From assembly GCF_049075655.1 (NCBI RefSeq), contig NZ_CP157522.1:1120001-1184000 (forward strand): a stretch of DNA of 64,000 bases. Direction: 5' to 3'. A program made the translations under genes and the position numbers. The stretch is from Methanothermococcus sp. Ax23. GTDB lineage: Archaea; AGJL01; Methanococci; Methanococcales; Methanococcaceae. The notes under the pieces were generated by a model. That model saw only the letters and a list, made by a program, of their open reading frames with translations, made no database searches and had not been told where the DNA came from. Of the stretch, positions 55,126 to 64,000 are shown one piece after another; positions within the stretch are counted from its first letter, which is position 1, and the number at the start of each line of letters is the position of its first letter.

Positions 55126-55521
55126 ATGGTGGTAAGAAGTTGGAGACATATTAATGAAAGATACAATCTTATAGGAACAAGATGTAAAACTTGTGGGACA
55201 GTTTATTTTCCTTCAAGAAATGTATGTCCAAAATGTAGGAGGAAAGGAGATATTGAACAATACAAACTCAGCGGAAAAGGAAAAATATATACATATTCCA
55301 TAATACACACACCACCAAAGGATTTTGAAAAATTGGCACCTTATGTAATAGCAATAATAGAATTAGATGAGGGTCCAAAACTAACTGCACAGGTTGATTG
55401 CGATATTGATAAAGTTCAAATTGGCATGCCTGTGGAAGTGGCATTCAGAAGGATAAAAGAAGATGGTAAGGATGGAGTGATTAATTACGGATATAAATTC
55501 AGACCTGTTGAAGAATTATAA
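55126..55521 (+). CDS. DUF35 zinc-ribbon/OB-fold scaffold protein
   Basis: CKTCG..FP.R..CPKC and YGYKF motifs. Confidence 0.92.
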   Translation: MVVRSWRHINERYNLIGTRCKTCGTVYFPSRNVCPKCRRKGDIEQYKLSGKGKIYTYSIIHTPPKDFEKLAPYVIAIIELDEGPKLTAQVDCDIDKVQIGMPVEVAFRRIKEDGKDGVINYGYKFRPVEEL

Positions 55522-55578
55522 TTAATTATTTATATTATTTTTAAATTATTTTTAGTTATTATCTATTAAGGTGTAATA

Positions 55579-55962
55579 ATGCACGAATTGTCCTATGCAA
55601 CATCAATATTGAATACAATTTTAGATTCAATAAATAATCAAGATTTAGAAGGTAAAAAAGTTAAAAGGGTTTCTAAAATAAATTTAGAGATTGGAGAATT
55701 GACATTTATAAACTTTGAGCAGTTAAAATTCGCATTTGAAGTAATTGCAGAATCCACAATATGTGAAGGTGCAGAGATGGTGGCAGAATTTGTAAAAGCG
55801 CATATTGTATGTAATAATTGTGGATATGAAGGAGATTTAGAAGCAAAAGATGAATTTGATGTTTCATGTCCAAGATGTGGGAGTTTATCTTTGAGGATAA
55901 AAGGTGGAAAAGAGTTTAACATAAAAAATGCAGTTGTAGAATTCGAAGATGAAGATAAATAA
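55579..55962 (+). CDS. hypA: Hydrogenase nickel metallochaperone HypA
   Basis: MHE N-terminus and two CxxC motifs. Confidence 0.95.
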   Translation: MHELSYATSILNTILDSINNQDLEGKKVKRVSKINLEIGELTFINFEQLKFAFEVIAESTICEGAEMVAEFVKAHIVCNNCGYEGDLEAKDEFDVSCPRCGSLSLRIKGGKEFNIKNAVVEFEDEDK

Positions 55963-55967
55963 AAAAA

Positions 55968-57251
55968 TTATATTTTTATTTTATCACATAACCTTGGAGT
56001 AAATGTATTAAATCCTTCTCCAATTGCCCATTCTTTAAATGCATTTATAGAATCTTCTTCTCCATGCTGTATTATTAGATTCTCAGGATTTGTCTTTTTT
56101 ACGATTGTTCTTAATTCGTCCATACCTGCATGTGCGGAGAATTCATAAAAGGATATTTCAAATTTTGGCTCTATTAACATCTCTCCAATTGGAAATTTTC
56201 CAGTTTCAAGAAGTATCCTTCCAGCAGTATTTTTTACTTGATAACCTGTGAATATCAAGGAGCTCCTATGGTCATTCCAGAAGTTGCTTATATATTTTAT
56301 CACAGGTCCTCCATTAAGCATCCCAGCAGTGCTGACTACTACACCACCATTTTCCTTTAAATCTTTCATCACATGGTGCCTCTCATCACTTTCCACTACA
56401 TAGGTATTTGAAAATACTCTTTTAAGCTTTTTATGGTTCCGAATGTATTTAGGGTGCTGCCTTAACATAATCCTTGTTATCTTTGCCCCCATTCCATCAA
56501 GGTATATTGGATTATCCAAATTCAAATTGCTGAGCATTAAAATTGCCTCCTGACTTCTATCAACTGCAAAGGCAGGAATTATTGCAGCCCCTCCCCTTTC
56601 CACAGTTTCTTTTACTTTATCTAAAAATTCTTTTTCAAGCTGTTTTCTATCAGGATGACATCTGTTTCCGTATGTTGATTCAATAATTAAAATATCTATA
56701 TCATTATCGCAAAAACTTAAATCTGCCCCATTTGTGAGCCTTGTTTTTGAAAGCTTAATATCGCCAGTGTATAGAACCTTCTTGTTATTGGCATAATTTA
56801 AATAAATTGAAGCACTTCCTGGAATATGTCCAGCATCAAAAAATGTATATTCAAAATCCCTCATGGCATATGTGATTCCATATTCCACATTTTTATTATG
56901 GTGGAGTGTTTTGTTAATATCTCCCTTATTAAATGGGAGCTCTCTATTTTCCTCTATGCCTATTTTTAATGAATCTTTTAGGAGCTCCTTTGTCAGAGCC
57001 TTTGTCATTGAAGTTGAATATATTGGACAGTGCATCTGCAAATGAGATAGTATAGGTAAAGAACCTGTATGGTCAAGATGAGCATGTGATACAAAAACAG
57101 CATCAGGATACAATTTATTTAATATTGGATATTCCGAATTATCCTCAGACAATTTTACCCCGCAGTCAAGGAGTATATTGCTGTTATCACTTCTAATTTC
57201 TATACAACTTCTTCCTACTTCCATTGCTCCTCCCCTAAATAAAATATCCAT
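55968..57251 (-). CDS. Beta-CASP metallo-beta-lactamase ribonuclease (aCPSF-like)
   Basis: EVGRSC, SHAHLDH, AGHIPGS, ESTYG and FSAH motifs. Confidence 0.9.
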   Translation of the reverse strand: MDILFRGGAMEVGRSCIEIRSDNSNILLDCGVKLSEDNSEYPILNKLYPDAVFVSHAHLDHTGSLPILSHLQMHCPIYSTSMTKALTKELLKDSLKIGIEENRELPFNKGDINKTLHHNKNVEYGITYAMRDFEYTFFDAGHIPGSASIYLNYANNKKVLYTGDIKLSKTRLTNGADLSFCDNDIDILIIESTYGNRCHPDRKQLEKEFLDKVKETVERGGAAIIPAFAVDRSQEAILMLSNLNLDNPIYLDGMGAKITRIMLRQHPKYIRNHKKLKRVFSNTYVVESDERHHVMKDLKENGGVVVSTAGMLNGGPVIKYISNFWNDHRSSLIFTGYQVKNTAGRILLETGKFPIGEMLIEPKFEISFYEFSAHAGMDELRTIVKKTNPENLIIQHGEEDSINAFKEWAIGEGFNTFTPRLCDKIKI

Positions 57252-57427
57252 ATAATCCCCTCTTTTACTTTTTAACCTATCAGTATATATCTATCTATAT
57301 CTATTATTATATATTGTGTGGTTATCATATAATTACATAGCGGTTTAAAACTATATTGTGTTATATTTATATACCATTTAATATCAAAAATGGTATTTAT
57401 GAAAATTTTAAACGAGAAAGTGAAATC

Positions 57428-60400
57428 ATGACTGATTTGATAATCTGTGAGAAACCAAATGTGGCAAAAAAAATAGCAAATGCACTGGGGAATCCTAAAA
57501 AGAAATCAGACAACGGAGTTCCATACTACGAATTGGAAAGGAATGGAAAAAAAATAATCGTTGCATCTGCTGTTGGACATTTATTTACATTGGAAGAAGT
57601 AAAAACCGATAAAAAGAAAAAATTTGGAGAATATCCTGTTTTTGACATACGATGGGCTCCTGCTTCAACTATAAAGGGGAAAGAATATGTTCAAAAATAT
57701 ATAAACACGCTGAAAAAACTTGCAAAAGAAGCTGATGAGTTTTACATAGCATCAGACTGGGATATTGAAGGAGAATTAATTGGTTATCATGCACTATATT
57801 ACTGTTGCGGAAAAAAAGATGCAAAAAGAATGAGATTTTCAAGTTTAACTAAAAATGAAATTGTTAAAGCATACGAGAATCCCGATAAAATAGATTTCGG
57901 GCTTGTTGATGCGGGGGATAGCAGGCATAAGGTAGATTGGTATTATGGTATAAATGTTTCAAGAGCTCTGATGCAGTCCATAAGGGCAGTCAATAGATGG
58001 CAGACAATGAGCACAGGTAGGGTTCAAGGTCCTGCACTATCATTTTTAGTTGATAGGGAGCTGGAAATAAGAAAGTTTGTCCCAACACCATACTGGGTAA
58101 TCGGAGCTCTCTTAAAGGACGAAATAACGGCAATTCATGAAAAGGATAAATTTTGGGATGAAAAGGAAGCTAATGAAATTTACAATAAAATAAAGGGTGA
58201 AAAAGAGGCAGTAGTTTCAAGTGTTAAAAAAACTAAGAAAAAGATAAAACCAAATCCACCATTTGATTTGGGGACATTGCAAAGGGAAGCACATAGGGCA
58301 TTTAGATTCTCACCAAAAAAGACGCAGGAGATTGCACAGAAACTTTATGAGCAAGGATTATGCCTTCATCCTGATACATTAGTAGCACTACCAAATGGAA
58401 TTAAAAAAATCAAGGATTTGGATGAAAAAGGGGAAGTTTTATGTTTAGATGATGATTTAAAATTAACAAAATCCAGATATAAACTTTTAAAAAGGACTGT
58501 AAAAGAAAAATTAATAAAAATTACATTAAATGATGGAACTGAGCTCATCACAACAAAAGAACATCCAGTTTTGGTATATAGGGATGGATTAATATTTGTC
58601 CCTTCCGAGGAACTAAAAGAAAACGAACAGACAATAATGTTTATAAATATTTCCGAAAAAAGATTTAATTCTAAACTACAAAAATCAAAGATTTTCGAAT
58701 CCAGTAGGAAAACTAAATTTATTGATTTTATATTGGAAAATTTAAATGGCGATAAGGATTACATTCTTATAGAACCATCGCTCACAAAAAAGATTCAAAA
58801 ATTAATAGCAAGTGATAAATCAAGAAAACAAATTATGGAGATATTTGGAATTAAAGAACCGACATACTATAAATATTTAAGGACAGGAAAAATACCAATA
58901 AAGATTATAAAATACTTAATTGATAAAGATGTTATTTCAAAAAAAGACATAGAAAGTAATTATTTAGGATTTTGCTATGGAACTTCCACAATTCCCGTAA
59001 ATATTGAATTCACCAATGATTTTTGGTATCTTTATGGGTATGTCATTGGAGATGGGCATTTGGCGAATAAGGGGAAGATAACAATACCTGCAAAGGACAG
59101 GAGTAGGGAAAAAGAAATAATAAACGCTATAATACAATCATGCGAAAGTCTTAACTTAAATTGGAGATATGATAAATACAAGGTAATACACATATCTTCA
59201 AAATCACTAACAAGGATTTTTGAAGTATTGGGCTGTCCATATGGAAACAAAACGGAGATATTCGATATTCCAAATATTGTGTTTGAAGATGTTAATTATA
59301 TTGCATCACTATTGGCGGGATACTATGATGCTGATGGACATTTTAGCATTAAAAAAACAGGATGTAATAACAACTCACCACAAATAAAACTAACATCAAA
59401 AAATATAAATGTTTTGAGGAAAATAAAAAACATATTGCAGTTTTTAGGAATCGGCGGATATATATGGACAAAGAGAAATAATACTGGAGAAATTGAAGGA
59501 CACGACTTAAATATATATTCAAAAGATGCAGGTAAGTTTTATGATTTAATGATAAATCATATCAGAGTTAAAAGAGATGAATTACAAAAAGTTAAAGAAT
59601 TATCCATTAGGGATTATAAAAAATACTCTCATCATTACAGCATTATTTATGCAAATTGGGAAAATAAATTTAAATCAGGAATAATACAAAAATTCAATTT
59701 ATCAAACCAAGTTTCAAAAAATAAAGGGTTAAGTTTAAACAAATTAAGGGAACTTTCTGAATATTTAACAGATAACGATTTAAAAAGGATATCGAAAGGC
59801 GATGTGTATATATCAAAAATTAAAGAAATTAAAGAAATTGAATATGAGGGTGAAGTCTATGACTTAACAGTTGAAACATATCATAATTTCATAGCAAATG
59901 GGGTAATTGTCCATAACTGTTCATATCCAAGAACAAGCTCTCAAAAACTTCCAAAGGATGAAAATTACATAAAGGATATTTTAACTAAAATTTTAAAACA
60001 TGGGGATTATAAAAAATATGCCGAGCTCATTTTAAATGAAAATAGGAAGCCAATAGAAGGTAAAAAAAGCGACCCTGCACACCCTGCAATACACTTTGTA
60101 GATATTCCAAAAGAGCCGCTGGCTGATGACGAGAAAAAATTATACGATTTAATTGTAAGAAGAACATTAGCAACCTTTTGGGATGATGCAGAAAGGGAAT
60201 ATATCAATGTAGTATTGAACATTGGCGGTGAAAACTTTAAACTCAGCGGTTCAAGAACTGTAAAAGAAGGATGGCATGAGATATATTACTTCACAAAGTT
60301 TGATGAAAAGGAGCTCCCAAGTTTAAGAAAAAACAATAAAATACCTGTTGAAAAGATAACCATTGAAAGAAAGGAAACAAAACCACCTAAAAGATATACA

Positions 60401-63004
60401 ATGGCATCAATTATAAAGGAGTTGGAAAATAGACAGTTGGGGACAAAATGTTTAACTTCTGATACACTAATTAAGGTCAAGATTAACGATAAAATTGAAA
60501 ATTTAAAAATTGGAGAATTATTTGAAATGCTAAACGAGAAATTTTGCAAAAATAATGTTGAATTTGCCACCAACAATAATAAAATTAAATGTATCTCATA
60601 TAATGAAAATGGAAACATTGTAGAAAGTGAATTTGAATTCATTAGTAGAAGAAAATTATGTGATAATGAAAGAGTTTATAAAATTGAATTTAATGATGGC
60701 AGTTATATTGAAGCTACTGACGAACATCCAATTTTAATATACGATAATAAAGAGCATATTAAATATGTTAGAACCAAAGATTTAGATAAGGGGATGAAGT
60801 GCATATATTCAATAAAATACTCTGATAAAGAAGGAAAAATATTTTGTAATTGGGATGAATTTGTTGAAAAATGCAATGAAAAATCAAAGTTATACGGTTT
60901 AACTGATGAAGTTAAGGATTTAAGAGAAAAATTAAACCTATCAAAACATAAGTTTTCAGAGAGATTTGGAATTAGTTATACTCAAACTTGGAAATATGAA
61001 GAAAATAAAAGAGTTCCGTTGTATTTGTTTAATCGATTAGGGCTGAAAAAGCCAAAATATATAACTTCTACAAACCCAAAACTATCAATTAAAAACCCAT
61101 TTCCATTAGGATATTCAAGTTCATTGATTAGAATTATATCTCATTTAGTAGGGGATGGCTCTATCTATAAAAAAGGAATAACAAAGGAGAATGTTTATGA
61201 TTTTAGATACCACAACACAGATATGGATTTAATTACTCAGTTCGTTGATGATGTGGAAAATGTATTTGGTATTAGATTAACCGTTAAAAAAGCAAAACCT
61301 AAATTGGTAAAAAATAAAACAAGATACTGCAAAGAAAAATATTATGTGCAAATCCCAGCAGTAGTTGGAAGAGTGCTTGCAATACTATTTCCTGAAATTG
61401 TCAATAAGAATGCCCCTAAGTTCCCAAAAGAATTCTATCCAGAATACATTGGAGCGTTGTTTGATGATGAAGGATGCGTAGTTGAGAATGAATGCAAATT
61501 GTTTATATCAAATACAAATTTTGATTTGTTAGAAGATATTAAAAAGATGCTGTTAGAATTAGGCATCGAATCAAGACTTGATAAAAATCAATTTAAACTA
61601 TATATTAAAGGAAGAAAAAATACTCAGAAGTTTTTAAATAAAATACCATTCATTTCAGTTGATAAAAAACAGAAGTTAATTAATGCACTATCTAATAAAT
61701 ACGCTGGAAGCGATGAAAAGAATTCGATTGTATGGAAAGAAAAATCCATAATAGCGGCATTGGGACACAATGAAATGGGACTAACTTCAAAAGAAATAAG
61801 AGATATTGCTAATATATCTGATTCAATTATTGGAGATTATTTGAGAGAATTAATTAACAATGGAATTGTGGAGAAAATTACCGTTGGTATTAGCGAATAT
61901 CCCAGAAAAAAAATTATCTACAAATGTAAATTAAATCCTAATGATTTATTTTATAAATACATTGGTGAAAAAGTCATAAATAAGGACTTTATTACAAAAA
62001 CAATATCAAACATTGAAATTATTGACTATAATGGATATGTTTATGACATAGTAAATTCAAAGTATTCAAATTTTATAGCAAATGGCATTGTGGTTCATAA
62101 CTCAACCAGAGCCGACATTGTAGAAAAACTTGTAAAAAGAGGATATTTAATCGATGACGGCTCATTAAAAGTGACTGATTTAGGAATAGCAGTAATTGAA
62201 ACCCTTAAAAAATACTGCCCTGAAATAATCGATGAGCAGATGACAAGAGAGCTGGAAAAGAAACTGGATAGATTGCAGAAAGGAACTATAAAAAAAGAGA
62301 CCGTTTTAAAAGATGCTGAAAATAAGTTAAGGGCGATACTTGAAGAGGTTAAAAAGAAGGAAAAAGAGATTGGAAAGGAACTGGTGGAAAAGATAGATGC
62401 AACAAACAAATCTTTAAAAACTGTTGGTAAGTGCGAATGTGGCGGGGATTTGATAATAATCAGGACAAAAGGCAAAAAAAGATTTATAGGATGCACAAAC
62501 TATCCAGAATGCACAAAAACTTATCCATTACCTCAGAAGGGAAGAATAAAGGTTTTAAATGAAACCTGTGAAGTTTGCGGAGCTCCGGTGATAAGCATAG
62601 ATAAACAGAAAGTTTGTATAAATCCAGAATGTCCTTCAAAAATATCCAGTGAAGAGAAAAAAGAAATAGAAAAAGCTGAAAAAGCTGAAAAAACCTGTCC
62701 AAAATGTGGTGGAAAGCTAATAATTAAAAAAGGAATTTATGGCGTATTTTTAGGTTGTGAAAATTATCCAAAGTGTAGATATACGGAAAAGCTGAACGGT
62801 AAAAATGAAGCTGAAAAACATGAAAAAGTAATAGTAGGTAAATGTCCTGACTGCGGCGGAGATTTAATAATAAGGAAGGGAAGATTTGGGGAATTTATAG
62901 GATGTTCCAATTACCCAAAGTGCAGGCATACTGAAAAAATCAAAAAGAACGATGATAATAAAGAGAAGAAAGGGAAGAAAGAAAAAGAGGAGAATAAAAA
63001 ATAA
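57428..63004 (+). CDS. topA: Type IA DNA topoisomerase with two inteins
   Basis: TOPRIM motifs CEKP and DWDIEGE, GRVQ, catalytic SYPRT, GTxSTR, C-terminal zinc ribbons. Confidence 0.96.
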   Translation: MTDLIICEKPNVAKKIANALGNPKKKSDNGVPYYELERNGKKIIVASAVGHLFTLEEVKTDKKKKFGEYPVFDIRWAPASTIKGKEYVQKYINTLKKLAKEADEFYIASDWDIEGELIGYHALYYCCGKKDAKRMRFSSLTKNEIVKAYENPDKIDFGLVDAGDSRHKVDWYYGINVSRALMQSIRAVNRWQTMSTGRVQGPALSFLVDRELEIRKFVPTPYWVIGALLKDEITAIHEKDKFWDEKEANEIYNKIKGEKEAVVSSVKKTKKKIKPNPPFDLGTLQREAHRAFRFSPKKTQEIAQKLYEQGLCLHPDTLVALPNGIKKIKDLDEKGEVLCLDDDLKLTKSRYKLLKRTVKEKLIKITLNDGTELITTKEHPVLVYRDGLIFVPSEELKENEQTIMFINISEKRFNSKLQKSKIFESSRKTKFIDFILENLNGDKDYILIEPSLTKKIQKLIASDKSRKQIMEIFGIKEPTYYKYLRTGKIPIKIIKYLIDKDVISKKDIESNYLGFCYGTSTIPVNIEFTNDFWYLYGYVIGDGHLANKGKITIPAKDRSREKEIINAIIQSCESLNLNWRYDKYKVIHISSKSLTRIFEVLGCPYGNKTEIFDIPNIVFEDVNYIASLLAGYYDADGHFSIKKTGCNNNSPQIKLTSKNINVLRKIKNILQFLGIGGYIWTKRNNTGEIEGHDLNIYSKDAGKFYDLMINHIRVKRDELQKVKELSIRDYKKYSHHYSIIYANWENKFKSGIIQKFNLSNQVSKNKGLSLNKLRELSEYLTDNDLKRISKGDVYISKIKEIKEIEYEGEVYDLTVETYHNFIANGVIVHNCSYPRTSSQKLPKDENYIKDILTKILKHGDYKKYAELILNENRKPIEGKKSDPAHPAIHFVDIPKEPLADDEKKLYDLIVRRTLATFWDDAEREYINVVLNIGGENFKLSGSRTVKEGWHEIYYFTKFDEKELPSLRKNNKIPVEKITIERKETKPPKRYTMASIIKELENRQLGTKCLTSDTLIKVKINDKIENLKIGELFEMLNEKFCKNNVEFATNNNKIKCISYNENGNIVESEFEFISRRKLCDNERVYKIEFNDGSYIEATDEHPILIYDNKEHIKYVRTKDLDKGMKCIYSIKYSDKEGKIFCNWDEFVEKCNEKSKLYGLTDEVKDLREKLNLSKHKFSERFGISYTQTWKYEENKRVPLYLFNRLGLKKPKYITSTNPKLSIKNPFPLGYSSSLIRIISHLVGDGSIYKKGITKENVYDFRYHNTDMDLITQFVDDVENVFGIRLTVKKAKPKLVKNKTRYCKEKYYVQIPAVVGRVLAILFPEIVNKNAPKFPKEFYPEYIGALFDDEGCVVENECKLFISNTNFDLLEDIKKMLLELGIESRLDKNQFKLYIKGRKNTQKFLNKIPFISVDKKQKLINALSNKYAGSDEKNSIVWKEKSIIAALGHNEMGLTSKEIRDIANISDSIIGDYLRELINNGIVEKITVGISEYPRKKIIYKCKLNPNDLFYKYIGEKVINKDFITKTISNIEIIDYNGYVYDIVNSKYSNFIANGIVVHNSTRADIVEKLVKRGYLIDDGSLKVTDLGIAVIETLKKYCPEIIDEQMTRELEKKLDRLQKGTIKKETVLKDAENKLRAILEEVKKKEKEIGKELVEKIDATNKSLKTVGKCECGGDLIIIRTKGKKRFIGCTNYPECTKTYPLPQKGRIKVLNETCEVCGAPVISIDKQKVCINPECPSKISSEEKKEIEKAEKAEKTCPKCGGKLIIKKGIYGVFLGCENYPKCRYTEKLNGKNEAEKHEKVIVGKCPDCGGDLIIRKGRFGEFIGCSNYPKCRHTEKIKKNDDNKEKKGKKEKEENKK
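58361..59917 (+). mobile_element. Intein 1 (519 aa) with LAGLIDADG endonuclease
   Basis: Starts CLHPDT, T..HP block B, YVIGDG/YYDADG, ends VHN before Cys. Confidence 0.95.
60449..62101 (+). mobile_element. Intein 2 (551 aa) with LAGLIDADG and HTH-like segments
   Basis: Starts CLTSDT, TDEHP, LVGDG/LFDDEG, ends VHN before Ser. Confidence 0.95.
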
Positions 63005-63077
63005 AAAAGAAGAATAAAATAATTTGCTATTTTTTGTAAGTTATTATTTTTTTAGTTGATATTTTAAATAAATTTTT

Positions 63078-63174
63078 ATTTCCATCCCACTATGGTCTGA
63101 TTTTAACTTTTCAATGCTTTTACAAACCAATCAAAGTCATCTTTATTTCCATCCCACTATGGTCTGATTTTAAC
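63078..63174 (-). CRISPR. Mini CRISPR array (2 repeats, one 37-bp spacer)
   Basis: Two perfect copies of the same 30-bp repeat followed by the leader. Confidence 0.93.
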
Positions 63175-63420
63175 AGTTTAAAATATTCCTTATTTTACAC
63201 TAAATACCTTTGCATTTCTTCTATTTAAAACTTTCGAGTCTCGAATCACAATGATTTTTAGAGTATATATAGTTTTAAGATGATTTACGACAGGTAATTT
63301 ACAAATGTTTAAAGAAATAAATGGTATTATATCCATATTTTTTAAAAATTTAAAAAATTCACAAGGAAAAACTTAAAACAGCCAAAGATACGGCATACCT
63401 AATAAAAATCCCTATAAATT
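63175..63420 (-). promoter_or_regulatory. CRISPR leader, paralog of 46294-46540
   Basis: First ~75 nt identical to the long-array leader, similar beyond. Confidence 0.85.
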
Positions 63421-63822
63421 ATTAAATTTAAATAAATAAAATAATATTAAAAAAGCATCAATCCGAGATTACATATTAATCCTTAAAATAACAAATAATA
63501 AACATAAAATCAATAAAATCAAAAATAAGATTATTTGCCAAGGATAAATACTAATTTAAGAAATTCTAACTATTCCAAAGAACCGTGAAATCCCCCATCT
63601 CCCATCTTCAAAACCATATTTTATAACTAAAATCTAATCAGTAGTAGAGCTCCTACAATCATATTTAATCTAAGTATAAATTGTGAAAAACTTATTAGTT
63701 TTTTATTTTCTATTATCAATATTTTTATACAATAAAAAACAAATTATAAAAGTAAATATGTTATTAATACTAATGTTCATAATAATGACACATACAAAAA
63801 TATATAAAAAGAGGATGATAAT

Positions 63823-64000
63823 ATGGGGTTTTTTGATACAATCACGTCTATTTTTAAGAAAGCTCCTAAAATACACTACGCAAAGTCGCAAACAGTGGAT
63901 TTAATAGAATTAAAGAAAAATCCATATTATATAGTGGCATCCGTTGAATTGGGGAACACCACAACAAAATCCATCATTACCGGAACAAACATGGAAACAG
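63823..64000 (+). CDS. Methanogenesis marker protein 14, N-terminus (runs off the window)
   Basis: MGFFD..YAKSQ..YYIVASVELGNTTTK motif. Confidence 0.8.
   Translation, partial: MGFFDTITSIFKKAPKIHYAKSQTVDLIELKKNPYYIVASVELGNTTTKSIITGTNMET

Noticed and set aside
58665-58712. AAAATC-aaa-GATTTT hairpin in intein 1 as another micro-element
   Set aside because: The stem is short and AT-rich with no clear second stem or conserved end; it cannot be supported without an alignment.
63683-63904. Small ORFs 63683-63904 and 63703-63891
   Set aside because: AT-rich upstream DNA overlapping the true marker-14 start at 63823 in another frame.

Overview
AT-rich (about 31% GC, estimated by eye) chromosomal window from a Methanococcales methanogen, probably a thermophilic Methanothermococcus/Methanococcus relative. 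This is inferred from mch, cdhD/cdhE, cofE, hypA/hypD, a split carB, HMG-CoA synthase/thiolase/DUF35, a 9/4 tRNA-Sec and GGTGA ribosome-binding sites. Housekeeping genes dominate. The window also holds a ~42-repeat CRISPR array hit by an IS4-like element, a 2-repeat mini-array with a near-identical leader (no cas genes here), an IS5-like element, and a topA carrying two inteins. Three non-obvious layers stand out. (1) A tnpB-only IS200/IS605 element has several 372-376 bp protein-free derivatives, all inserted after TTTAC. Each has its own TATA box and joins a structured domain from the middle of the tnpB CDS to the right-end omegaRNA scaffold, suggesting trans-acting guide cassettes and a split omegaRNA. 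A second, unrelated mini-cassette also occurs. (2) A family of 27-58 bp covarying hairpin micro-insertions sits cleanly inside genes, both in frame and frameshifting, and repeatedly inside the tnpB element itself. (3) The palindrome GAGCTC is strongly over-represented (at least 80 copies counted by hand versus about 4-5 expected), occurs in all reading frames and is absent from recent mobile DNA, resembling a HIP1-like genome signature. All counts and alignments were done by eye.
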